This document shows, one piece after another, positions 7,710 to 16,247 of a stretch of 40,903 bases of DNA; position 1 is the first letter of the stretch, and each line of letters begins with the position of its first letter. The stretch comes from a virus, in IMG/VR virus record IMGVR_UViG_3300025536_000004, positions 1-40,903 of that record; one strand, written 5' to 3'. The position numbers were made by a program, and so were the translations under genes. The notes below the pieces were generated by a model that was not told the DNA's origin, made no database searches, and worked only from the letters and a program-made list of their open reading frames with translations.

Positions 7710-9743
7710 ATGGCACAAAAATTCATTGCCAACGCAGACCCTTACGCTACTCTGGGAACCGAAACGAAAACACCAGGAGGTGGAACGGGATATAGTTATG
7801 ACGGAGGTACCTACACAAAAGTAAACGGTGGATTCAGTCTATACGAACCTGTTGCCCCAACTCCTACCTACGGAAATATGCAGATAGCTCAGATGCCCGT
7901 AGCCTCTTCAACAGATTATCGAGATACGACAAAACAGAATATGTCTTACTTGGGTTCTCAGACCACGCCCCAATCCCCACAGGGTTCACAAGGCACACCA
8001 CCAACAAGTCCGTTGTCTCTGAATATTTCCACGAACAATCAGGCGATGCAGAACATTCTGAAACAGACAAACGAACTTTTAAACAACCCAGAAATACAGA
8101 AGATTCTTACCCCCGAACAGGTAAAAACCATCGGCTCTATACAGGGACTAGAACTAAAGAATCAGAATCTTTTATCCCAAGCCAAAAGTTCTTCCGATGC
8201 GGGACAGTACGGCACCTTCAATACCGCTATCACAGAGTACAAGGGCAACCAGGCAGAAAGAGACAAGACCCTTGAGGAGCTTACGGCATCTCTGAATCCA
8301 CTGAGAGAAAGATATATGGCATCTATCCTGCCAGGGGCAGAAGAACAGGCCATCAACGAACAGTTATTAGGAGTGCGAGACCGACAACGACAGTTCAACA
8401 CCTCGTTGGATAGAGGAGCAGAGGCCCAGTACGGAACTGGTATTGCCCTAGACCTAGCGAGTGGTGGCGAAGCTCAACTTCGACGACGTGCTCAGTTTGA
8501 CCAACAGGATATGAGAAACGAAGAATCTTTGCTTCTCGACCGATTAGGATTGGCACAGGAATCGAGAAAGCTGACTCAACAAGGACTTGAAAAAGGAATG
8601 GAGTTTATGCTTCAGGATTACGAAATTGCAACTAAAGCTTTTGACGCTCAAGAGAAGCGTGAGCAACAAGTGTTTGATAACGCCCTTAAACTCGATACTC
8701 AGCAAAGACAGCAGTTCGCCGATATGCTCGATGTTCTTGAAGGAGTTGACCCGAACAAACTAACTCCAGAAGACGAAGCTACTATCGCTAACGCCGCTAA
8801 ATCACGAGGTCTTTCTTACGAACTTATCAAACAAGGACTTCAAGTTTCTTACGATAAACAATCTTTGGATGCGGCTGCTAAGAAAGCTGGAATCCAGTAT
8901 CAGAATGCTCAAACGAGAAAAGTATTAAACGATGCTGGTGATGGTTACACTGCCCCAGACCTCTTTGTCGAAACAACTGGTTCTGGTGAAACATTCGAAC
9001 AGTTCCTTGCAAAGAAACAGCAAGAGACTGGACAGTCATTCACTCCAAGTAAAGTTGCTCAGTTACGAAGTGAATACGATAAGAAGCAGGAGCTTACCTC
9101 AAATGGCGGGAACTATATGTTGAAACTGATGCAGTCTACGGTTGGTGGTAAGAAACCGAACCAAGTAGAAACCCTACGACCCATACAAAAGTCTCTTACC
9201 GTCATTAACCAGTTGACTGAACTTTCGAGTCTTATTAAGAATACGACCACCGACCCAATCATCGGTTCTTTGCGGTCTATGAACCCGTATGACTTCGATG
9301 CGAGGGCGATTCAGGCAACACTCCAGGCAACGGTTCCTAATCTGGCCCGTGGTGTGTACGGTGAAGTTGGTGTTTTGACCGATGCAGATATAAGAAATTA
9401 CATTCGGACACTTCCAAACATCAGGAGTACAAAAGAACAAAATGACTTCGTTATGGGCATGACGCTTCGTTCCCTTCAAAGAGGATTTGATTCACAGCTA
9501 GAGGTTCTTGCGGCAGCAGGATACGACATCAGTGGATTCAATAACGTGTATCAGAGGATGGATAATGCTGCTAAGGAGATTGAGTCTAACCTTGGAATGT
9601 TGGGTTCTGCCACCCCAGACGAGGAAACCATAAAGAGGGAGTTCGATGCCCTACGGTCTGGCGCTTATTCTCCTAATAGCGTGAATTATTTTGCTCCGAT
9701 AAGCGACTTCTTTTCATCAATAAATGTCCAACTATTCAAATAA
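7710..9743 (+). CDS. Gln/Glu-rich coiled-coil virion protein, internal/ejection or tape-measure-like (677 aa)
   Basis: Long helical low-complexity ORF; starts 2 nt after the upstream stop. Confidence 0.6.
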   Translation: MAQKFIANADPYATLGTETKTPGGGTGYSYDGGTYTKVNGGFSLYEPVAPTPTYGNMQIAQMPVASSTDYRDTTKQNMSYLGSQTTPQSPQGSQGTPPTSPLSLNISTNNQAMQNILKQTNELLNNPEIQKILTPEQVKTIGSIQGLELKNQNLLSQAKSSSDAGQYGTFNTAITEYKGNQAERDKTLEELTASLNPLRERYMASILPGAEEQAINEQLLGVRDRQRQFNTSLDRGAEAQYGTGIALDLASGGEAQLRRRAQFDQQDMRNEESLLLDRLGLAQESRKLTQQGLEKGMEFMLQDYEIATKAFDAQEKREQQVFDNALKLDTQQRQQFADMLDVLEGVDPNKLTPEDEATIANAAKSRGLSYELIKQGLQVSYDKQSLDAAAKKAGIQYQNAQTRKVLNDAGDGYTAPDLFVETTGSGETFEQFLAKKQQETGQSFTPSKVAQLRSEYDKKQELTSNGGNYMLKLMQSTVGGKKPNQVETLRPIQKSLTVINQLTELSSLIKNTTTDPIIGSLRSMNPYDFDARAIQATLQATVPNLARGVYGEVGVLTDADIRNYIRTLPNIRSTKEQNDFVMGMTLRSLQRGFDSQLEVLAAAGYDISGFNNVYQRMDNAAKEIESNLGMLGSATPDEETIKREFDALRSGAYSPNSVNYFAPISDFFSSINVQLFK

Positions 9744-11148
9744 AATGAACTACGAAGAATACAAACAAAAGAGACTCTCAGGAATTACCCCAGAAGAAGC
9801 ATACGAACAAGATGCTAGTGGATTCTCCGCTAGTAAAATGATTGGCAATGTCCCAAAAAGTGCGGGGCAATTTGTTGGAGGCGCTGCTAATGCAGTGATA
9901 CATCCAATTCAGACTGTCAAGACGCTGGGTTCGGTAGCTGCTGGAGGAGTAGAAAAACTAATTCCGGGAGAACAGGCTGAAGAAAAGTATTTTGACAACT
10001 TAACTGATTTCTATAAAGACCGTTATGGTTCTTTCGATAAATTCCTCACGGCACTAGAAGATGACCCTGTAGGAATTGCCTCGGATGCCTCCCTGTTTCT
10101 TACAGGAGGAGGTGCATTGGCAACCAAACTTGGAGGTGTATCAAAAGCATCTTCCTTGGTCAGGGCTGGACAGACGGCCTCAAGGGTGGGACAAGCGATA
10201 AACCCGATAAATGCCGTTACTGGTCTCACGGGAGCAACGAAGGCTTTATTTCCGAAACTCGCCCAGAAGATAGAGAAAAGTAATTTACGATTAACTAGAA
10301 CTAAAGAGGGAGCGATGGCAACTCAGGGGTTGGGATTTTCTGATGACGCTATAAACATAACCAAGAATAGACTTAATGAAGTTACCGATTATCTGGCAAA
10401 ACAAAAGATAGTTGGAAATCCATTAGATAGATTTGCCAAAGCAACAAACATTTACTACAAAACAGAAGACGCCCTGGATAACTTTTTTAGCTCATTCTCA
10501 AAGGGTTCGGTAGTGAAACAAGATAAGGTTATTCGTTCGTTGCAGGGATTGAAATCAATTTATAAAGGAGAAAGAGATTATAACGCCATAACGAAACAAA
10601 TTGATGGAGCTATTAAGGCTATCAAATCAGCTAGTAAGAATGATGCACTTACCTACAAAACCCTTAATCAATTCAAAAGGTCTACATACAAGAATGCCTA
10701 TAATAAGGCAGGAGAAAAAGTGGTAGATGGGGTGGAACACGCCATTGGAGATACAATCCGTGGGATTATTGACGAAGACTTGCGGGGATTAAAAATAGCC
10801 GGGCAGTCTTATGAACAGTTCAACCATAATTACGGACTTCTCATTGAAGCAAGAAAGTTGCTGAAAACTGCCGTTGGAAAACCAGAAATGTCTGTTGTTA
10901 CCGAAAGAGTTTTGGGTGGTCTTCTTGGATACTTAATTGGTGGTTCTGCTGGATTTGGTTCTGGTGGAGCAGGAGCATTATTAGGAACAGCTCTTGGTCC
11001 CAATTTCTTTCAATCGTTACCAGTAACAACTACCAAGTCTTTACTTGGAGCAGGAGCACAAAAGATAGGCGAAACAAAACTTCCGTCTATACTTGGAAAA
11101 ACGAAAACCCCACTAACAGCAATAGAAAGAATTAAAGAGGCTCAATAA
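9724..11148 (+). CDS. Internal-virion-like protein with a Gly-rich hydrophobic C-terminal segment (474 aa; alternative start ATG 9745)
   Basis: LGGLLGYLIGGSAGFGSGGAGALLGTALG membrane-like segment; follows the coiled-coil protein. Confidence 0.6.
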   Translation: MSNYSNKMNYEEYKQKRLSGITPEEAYEQDASGFSASKMIGNVPKSAGQFVGGAANAVIHPIQTVKTLGSVAAGGVEKLIPGEQAEEKYFDNLTDFYKDRYGSFDKFLTALEDDPVGIASDASLFLTGGGALATKLGGVSKASSLVRAGQTASRVGQAINPINAVTGLTGATKALFPKLAQKIEKSNLRLTRTKEGAMATQGLGFSDDAINITKNRLNEVTDYLAKQKIVGNPLDRFAKATNIYYKTEDALDNFFSSFSKGSVVKQDKVIRSLQGLKSIYKGERDYNAITKQIDGAIKAIKSASKNDALTYKTLNQFKRSTYKNAYNKAGEKVVDGVEHAIGDTIRGIIDEDLRGLKIAGQSYEQFNHNYGLLIEARKLLKTAVGKPEMSVVTERVLGGLLGYLIGGSAGFGSGGAGALLGTALGPNFFQSLPVTTTKSLLGAGAQKIGETKLPSILGKTKTPLTAIERIKEAQ

Positions 11149-11853
11149 ATGTCTTTATTCTCGGATACAATCAGAGGGGTAGGTACAAGCCTATCTGACA
11201 GAATCAGAGGGCTTAATCCTGTTAAGCAGACTATTGTGAACCCGATAGAAAAAGAACAGGAAGGGATAAAAGCGATGGTTTCCGATAAGTCAAAGAGCCT
11301 AAAAGAAATTCGAGCTAGTGTTGCTAACCACCCCCAAAAAGACCAGCTAATAGACTTCGCACGCAAATCCTATTTTGGAGCAACTGATTTCGCCAAAGAC
11401 TCAACGAAGAAGGCTCTAGGACTCATTCAGAAAAAGGAGATGACTGTTTTGCCCCAAGGACAACCTCAAGAACCTTTAAAGAAAGACCCACTAATTGATG
11501 CTATTGCCTATAACGAAACTGGAGTCGTCCCCGAAGAAGAAAAGTATTCATTTTCTCAGCCAAGCGGAAATAAGAAACTCGGTAAGGCATTAGGGAAATA
11601 CCAAGTAACAGAAGGGGAATTAAAGTCTTATGCCCCTCGCTATCTTGGCAGGACTGTAACCGCCGATGAGTTTCTTTCTAGTCCAGAGATACAAGACGAG
11701 TATATGAGAAATAAGATTACCAAACTGAAAGAACAGGGAAATTCTACCGAAGATATATTTAGAATCCACCGAGGCGGTGTAAATGCAAAACCAACTCAGT
11801 ACGGAGACTATGTGAGAAAAGGTCTGGATTTTGTTAAGTCCATAGAGGGATAA
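11149..11853 (+). CDS. Virion-associated lytic-transglycosylase-like protein (234 aa)
   Basis: AIAYNETG...GKALGKYQVT resembles the SLT catalytic Glu and GxxQ motifs; starts 1 nt after the upstream stop. Confidence 0.5.
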   Translation: MSLFSDTIRGVGTSLSDRIRGLNPVKQTIVNPIEKEQEGIKAMVSDKSKSLKEIRASVANHPQKDQLIDFARKSYFGATDFAKDSTKKALGLIQKKEMTVLPQGQPQEPLKKDPLIDAIAYNETGVVPEEEKYSFSQPSGNKKLGKALGKYQVTEGELKSYAPRYLGRTVTADEFLSSPEIQDEYMRNKITKLKEQGNSTEDIFRIHRGGVNAKPTQYGDYVRKGLDFVKSIEG

Positions 11854-11889
11854 TTAGAATCAAACCCACTTCTAAGAAGTCGCCCTTAA

Positions 11890-11898
11890 TGTTATAAT
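11890..11898 (+). promoter_or_regulatory. Extended -10 promoter TGtTATAAT, 6 nt upstream of ATG 11905 (leaderless mRNA predicted)
   Basis: aaTGtTATAATtaaccaATG; the A of the ATG is the 7th nt after the -10; no SD. Confidence 0.5.
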
Positions 11899-11904
11899 TA
11901 ACCA

Positions 11905-12663
11905 ATGCCCGAGATATTAGACAAAACCACTAAGAAAGTTCCTCCTCAGCTCCAAGAAATCCTAGATATTTTCCTAGAAACCTACGAGGACAAGATAAAA
12001 GAAATCGCCGAAGACAAGGTTGAAGAAAGTATGATGAATCTTTTGCCCTACCTCAAGGGTGAAAAGGGAGATTCAGGATTAGAAGGTAAGTCAGCTCAAA
12101 CTCCAAGACGGGGAGTTGATTATTTTACTGATTTAGACCAAGACCAGTTCGCTACAAGGATTCTATCTCTTATCCCAAAACCGGAAAATGGAAAAGACGC
12201 TGATGAAGTTCGGGTAGTGAGAAGGGTTTTATCAAAAATACAGTTACCAGAGATAGATGAACGTGGTATAATTAAGAAAGTATTATCTTCGATACCTGAG
12301 ATAAAAGAAGTGACACCAGAAGAAGTAAAGGAAAAACTGATGGAGCTTCCTATAGCGGGGCGGTGGTTCGATTGGAAGCATATCAAAAACGCTCCAGTTA
12401 GCCTTTCTGGGAAGAAACATCTAGGAAGGGGTACTGGTTCATCAGTAACAATGGAAGACATTACTTCTCAGTGCGACGGAGTTACTAAAACCTTTACGGT
12501 TCCGGCACACGTCCGTGCGCTTGGTGTATGGAGTACTCAGTTCCCTCTCATTTACCGCCCAACGACCGATTTTACAACTTCAGGAACGACATTGACCTTG
12601 ACATCGGCAGTAGGAGCACCAGATACTGGACAAACATTAATCTTTTTATACGTCGCACAATAA
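11905..12663 (+). CDS. Fibre adaptor-like protein with a short collagen-like G-x-y run; paralog of 15524..16246 (252 aa)
   Basis: GEKGDSGLEGKS. C-terminal block HIKNAPVSLSGKKHLGRGTGS...VTKTFTVPA...RPTTDF..SGTTLTLT is shared with the 15524 protein. Confidence 0.65.
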   Translation: MPEILDKTTKKVPPQLQEILDIFLETYEDKIKEIAEDKVEESMMNLLPYLKGEKGDSGLEGKSAQTPRRGVDYFTDLDQDQFATRILSLIPKPENGKDADEVRVVRRVLSKIQLPEIDERGIIKKVLSSIPEIKEVTPEEVKEKLMELPIAGRWFDWKHIKNAPVSLSGKKHLGRGTGSSVTMEDITSQCDGVTKTFTVPAHVRALGVWSTQFPLIYRPTTDFTTSGTTLTLTSAVGAPDTGQTLIFLYVAQ

Positions 12664-12690
12664 CCTCTTGTCTGGGGGAGAAATCCCCAC

Positions 12691-13890
12691 ATGAAGAAAC
12701 TACCACTCACACTACTTTCTCTTATAACGGTTTTTGGTTTATATGGAATTGCTTTCGGTGCGCCGACAGCTACTATCCTACGAGACATTTTTCCAGAAAC
12801 GACAAATACCTATTCGCTAGGAACCTCTACTAAGGTTTGGAATAGTGCCTCAATTAAAGACATAACTATTTCAGGGACCTGTACAGGTTGTGGCGGTGGT
12901 GGGAGTATTACCTCATCTTCACCGATAACCTCAGGGAATTTCCCCTACTGGACATCGCCTACCTCTACCGGAGGATTGAACGGAACTTCTACGTTAGCTC
13001 TTAGCGGAAGTACTCTTACTCAAACAGGTCTTTTCCGAGCTTCAGCCGGAGTTGCCCCGACTACAAATGACGGCGCGGCTCTCGGAAGTAGCACTGCGGC
13101 ATGGTCAGACCTCTTTCTTGGAAGCGGAGGAGTTATAAATTGGGGTGGTGGTGCTCTTACTTTGACTCAGGATTCTGCTGACCACCTTCAGATGACGGGT
13201 TCTTTAGGGGTTGATGCGGGGGGTATCAATATCGCTGGGCCATCAGAAGGAGCGAACAACGTAACAAGTATCATTATGGGTTCTGATGTTTCCTTTCCGA
13301 GACTTTTTACAATAACTGCCGGAGATGTTTCACGTAACTTCACGATGTTGGGAAATTTCACCGTGAACGGTACCACGACCATCTCAGGTAACGGAACCTC
13401 TACCTTAGCCAACGTCTCTAGCACCAACCTACAAGCCAGCGGTAGTTTGACTGTAGCTGGAACCTCTACCCTGAGTGCCGTGGACTACAATGGCCTTCCA
13501 TCCACCAACCTTCAGGCAGTAGGTCCACAGACTCGAACATTCAGCTCAGGAACTTCAACGACAGGAGGGGAGTTGGTCTACATGAATGCAACAGCTCGAT
13601 GGGACAGAGCTAACGCTTCGGCTTCAACGACTTCACAAGGACTCTTAGGAATCTCTCTCGTTACTGCTGCATCAGGAACAGCGATGAACGTAGCTCTCCC
13701 AGGGTCATTCGTAAGAAACAGCTCATGGACGTTTACTACAGGACAAACCCTGTATGCCTCAACGACCGTAGGAAATATCTCGGGCTTCCAGCCAACCTCA
13801 ACCAATAACGTAGTCAGAGTTCTCGGCTGGGCTGTATCAACGACAATCATGTACTTCAACCCGAGTCCCGACTTCCTCACTATCATATAG
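12691..13890 (+). CDS. Tail fibre/spike-like Thr/Ser/Gly-rich protein with a signal-peptide-like N-terminus (399 aa)
   Basis: MKKLPLTLLSLITVFGLYGIAFGAPTAT..., then a fibre-type motif FPETTNTYSLGTSTKVW. GGGGGAG upstream sits inside a GAAA-loop hairpin (12670-12685). Confidence 0.6.
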   Translation: MKKLPLTLLSLITVFGLYGIAFGAPTATILRDIFPETTNTYSLGTSTKVWNSASIKDITISGTCTGCGGGGSITSSSPITSGNFPYWTSPTSTGGLNGTSTLALSGSTLTQTGLFRASAGVAPTTNDGAALGSSTAAWSDLFLGSGGVINWGGGALTLTQDSADHLQMTGSLGVDAGGINIAGPSEGANNVTSIIMGSDVSFPRLFTITAGDVSRNFTMLGNFTVNGTTTISGNGTSTLANVSSTNLQASGSLTVAGTSTLSAVDYNGLPSTNLQAVGPQTRTFSSGTSTTGGELVYMNATARWDRANASASTTSQGLLGISLVTAASGTAMNVALPGSFVRNSSWTFTTGQTLYASTTVGNISGFQPTSTNNVVRVLGWAVSTTIMYFNPSPDFLTII

Positions 13891-15519
13891 ATGAAAAAAG
13901 TATTATTTATCGCAACCTTCTTCATCGCTGGATTTGCTTTGAATATGCAGAGCGTTCAATCAGCGACTCTGCTTCAGTATGGTTTTACCTCTTCTTTCGC
14001 TCCGACCTTTGTAGCAACGGATACCGTAGGCGTAGTTGTGTACGGCAATACGATGGCAAGCGGAACTATCGCCTCTACTGCACGAGGAAATAATAGTTAT
14101 GCTACCTCTGCTTCTCCTTTTGCCTCTGGCGATCCCGTAATCTCAGTTGGCCCAGCTAACGGTGCAATTTCTTCATCTTCGGCTCTTACTTCTAGTTCAT
14201 TTATGTACTTTTCTATCACTCCGAGAGAGGGGATGATGATGACCTTGAATAATCTAACTTTTAACGCCGCCCGTGGAGGTGCGGCTACTCCACGAGGCTA
14301 TGCTGTACGCTCTAGTCGAGACAACTACACAGCAGACTTAGGAAATGCCGACCTTGCTACTCAAAGACCCACCTGGACAAACGTAGTCATAGACCTTAGT
14401 TCTACTACATTTAAAAATGTAACCGGGCCAGTTATCTTCAAAATATACGTTTATGCTCCGGCTTCAGCAAACGTAGTAGATTTTGATGATTTCACGATTG
14501 ACGGAACGGTAACGACTGCCGGTGGAATTAACGGTGGTATCAAAACTCTTCCCGCTAATCCCGTTGGGCTTTATTGGGATTCTTATAACGATAGTGGACG
14601 ACTCGTAACCGTCGCCACTTCTTCTTATAACGTCATTTTCCTTTTCAATGCTACGCCGACCTCCTCACACTCAGGGGTTGAGTTTCCTGCTCCCGCAGGA
14701 GCGGCCAATGCCACCAACCTGAACGCAGACATCGCCACACTTCGAGCACGCAGACAGATTGTTCTTCTGACTGTAGGAGGTGCGAATGCCACAACTACGC
14801 TCACCAATCTTTCTCAAGCCGAAGAGCTGATTGCTAGTATCAAAGCAATCAATGTCCAACTTGGAGGTTCGGGACAGACAGCAGTCATTGACGGAGTAGA
14901 TTTCAATAACTTTGAAGGAATTACTGCTAATGGCCCATTGCTCACTTACATCGGCCAGAGCTTGAAAGCTTTCTACGGGAATCAATTCATCATCACTTCT
15001 CCCCCGGCTGCTTCGTATGGTCTGGCTCAGTTTGATACTGACCGCACTGCTATGGCAACGATGTACGCTGGTGGGGCTTTAGACTGGATGAGTCCTCAAT
15101 TTTACGACAGTTCAGACCTTGTGCCTCCGAACGGAGATTTAGCCGTAAGGACAGTATTGGGAACTTCTACTGACGGTTTTCGTCTTACCGAAAATATAAG
15201 CGGGGTTTCTACTACAATTCCTCAAAACCATATTGGCATCGGTTTCCAAATTGGAGCTAGTACGTCAACCCAATGGACAACCGCTGGGGCAACTTCGACA
15301 TACCTTCACACTGTAGCTTCTTCAACAAATCCAAAGGGGGGCATGAACTTTGCTGCTAGCCTGAATACTTCCTCTAGCTTCGGAAACATTGTTGGTGCAG
15401 TAATTACCAACAACCCAAGAAATACTTCGATCAAGACTTTAAATGGAATCGCCAATGCTTCAGTGCAAACCATTAATGGAATAATTGGAGCAACGGTAAG
15501 ATTAATTAATAACCTATAA
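13891..15519 (+). CDS. Secreted-type two-domain protein: N-terminal beta-sandwich plus C-terminal GH18-like (hevamine/Endo-H-like) glycosidase domain (542 aa)
   Basis: LLTVGGAN, IDGVDFNNFEG (compare DGVDFDDE / DGIDFDIE) and MSPQFYD (compare VQFYNN) motifs in GH18 order; N-terminal signal-like MKKVLFIATFFIAGFALNMQSVQSA. Confidence 0.55.
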   Translation: MKKVLFIATFFIAGFALNMQSVQSATLLQYGFTSSFAPTFVATDTVGVVVYGNTMASGTIASTARGNNSYATSASPFASGDPVISVGPANGAISSSSALTSSSFMYFSITPREGMMMTLNNLTFNAARGGAATPRGYAVRSSRDNYTADLGNADLATQRPTWTNVVIDLSSTTFKNVTGPVIFKIYVYAPASANVVDFDDFTIDGTVTTAGGINGGIKTLPANPVGLYWDSYNDSGRLVTVATSSYNVIFLFNATPTSSHSGVEFPAPAGAANATNLNADIATLRARRQIVLLTVGGANATTTLTNLSQAEELIASIKAINVQLGGSGQTAVIDGVDFNNFEGITANGPLLTYIGQSLKAFYGNQFIITSPPAASYGLAQFDTDRTAMATMYAGGALDWMSPQFYDSSDLVPPNGDLAVRTVLGTSTDGFRLTENISGVSTTIPQNHIGIGFQIGASTSTQWTTAGATSTYLHTVASSTNPKGGMNFAASLNTSSSFGNIVGAVITNNPRNTSIKTLNGIANASVQTINGIIGATVRLINNL

Positions 15520-15523
15520 TGAC

Positions 15524-16246
15524 ATGAGAGACGATTTTCTGATTGAAAACAGAAAAAAAAAGATTCGGATCAGCCTGTTGGAGTATCTGTCTACTCAGAA
15601 AGAAGATGATCTTGTAGAAAGTTTAAGAAGTGTAGAAGATAGGATCATGGAAAAGGTTACCCAGGAACTTCTCGGCGTGGTAGAAACCGTCTCTCGTATC
15701 TCTTTGACGCCTGGCCCACAGGGGGCGCCAGGCATTCAAGGGAAGACTCCTGTTGCGGGGGTAGATTATAGAATTCCAAAAGACGGGAGAACGCCTACAA
15801 ATGATGAGTTAATCTCGCTTATTAAGCCCCTGATTCCCGATCCCGTTCCAGGGGTTACGGGGAACGATGGGTCTCCTGACACAGGAGCGGAAATAGTTTC
15901 CAAAATAAATGAATTACCAATCAAGCCGAATCTTCAAATAGATGCTCGACATATTAAGAACTTACCAATCTCCCTATCCAAGAAACACATTGGTAGAGGT
16001 ACTGGAAGTCCAACCCAGGAGTATGACCTTTCTCCATTCCTTGACAGCGTGACGAAGGTGTTCACTGTCCCGGCGAACAAAAGAGTTCTCCTTATTACGT
16101 CATCCTCAACGCCTTTCTTCTTCAGGCCAACTGTCGATTACGTAGTTTCTGGGACAAGCAACACTACACTAACTTTCGACTCTTCGATAGATGCAAGTAC
16201 GATGCTCCAGCAAGGTCAGAGTCTCGGATTACTTTACGTAGAATAA
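15524..16246 (+). CDS. Fibre adaptor-like protein with a short collagen-like run; paralog of 11905..12663 (240 aa)
   Basis: GPQGAPGIQGKT. HIKNLPISLSKKHIGRGTGS...VTKVFTVPA...RPTVDY..SGTSNTTLT. Confidence 0.65.
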   Translation: MRDDFLIENRKKKIRISLLEYLSTQKEDDLVESLRSVEDRIMEKVTQELLGVVETVSRISLTPGPQGAPGIQGKTPVAGVDYRIPKDGRTPTNDELISLIKPLIPDPVPGVTGNDGSPDTGAEIVSKINELPIKPNLQIDARHIKNLPISLSKKHIGRGTGSPTQEYDLSPFLDSVTKVFTVPANKRVLLITSSSTPFFFRPTVDYVVSGTSNTTLTFDSSIDASTMLQQGQSLGLLYVE

Positions 16247-16247
16247 A

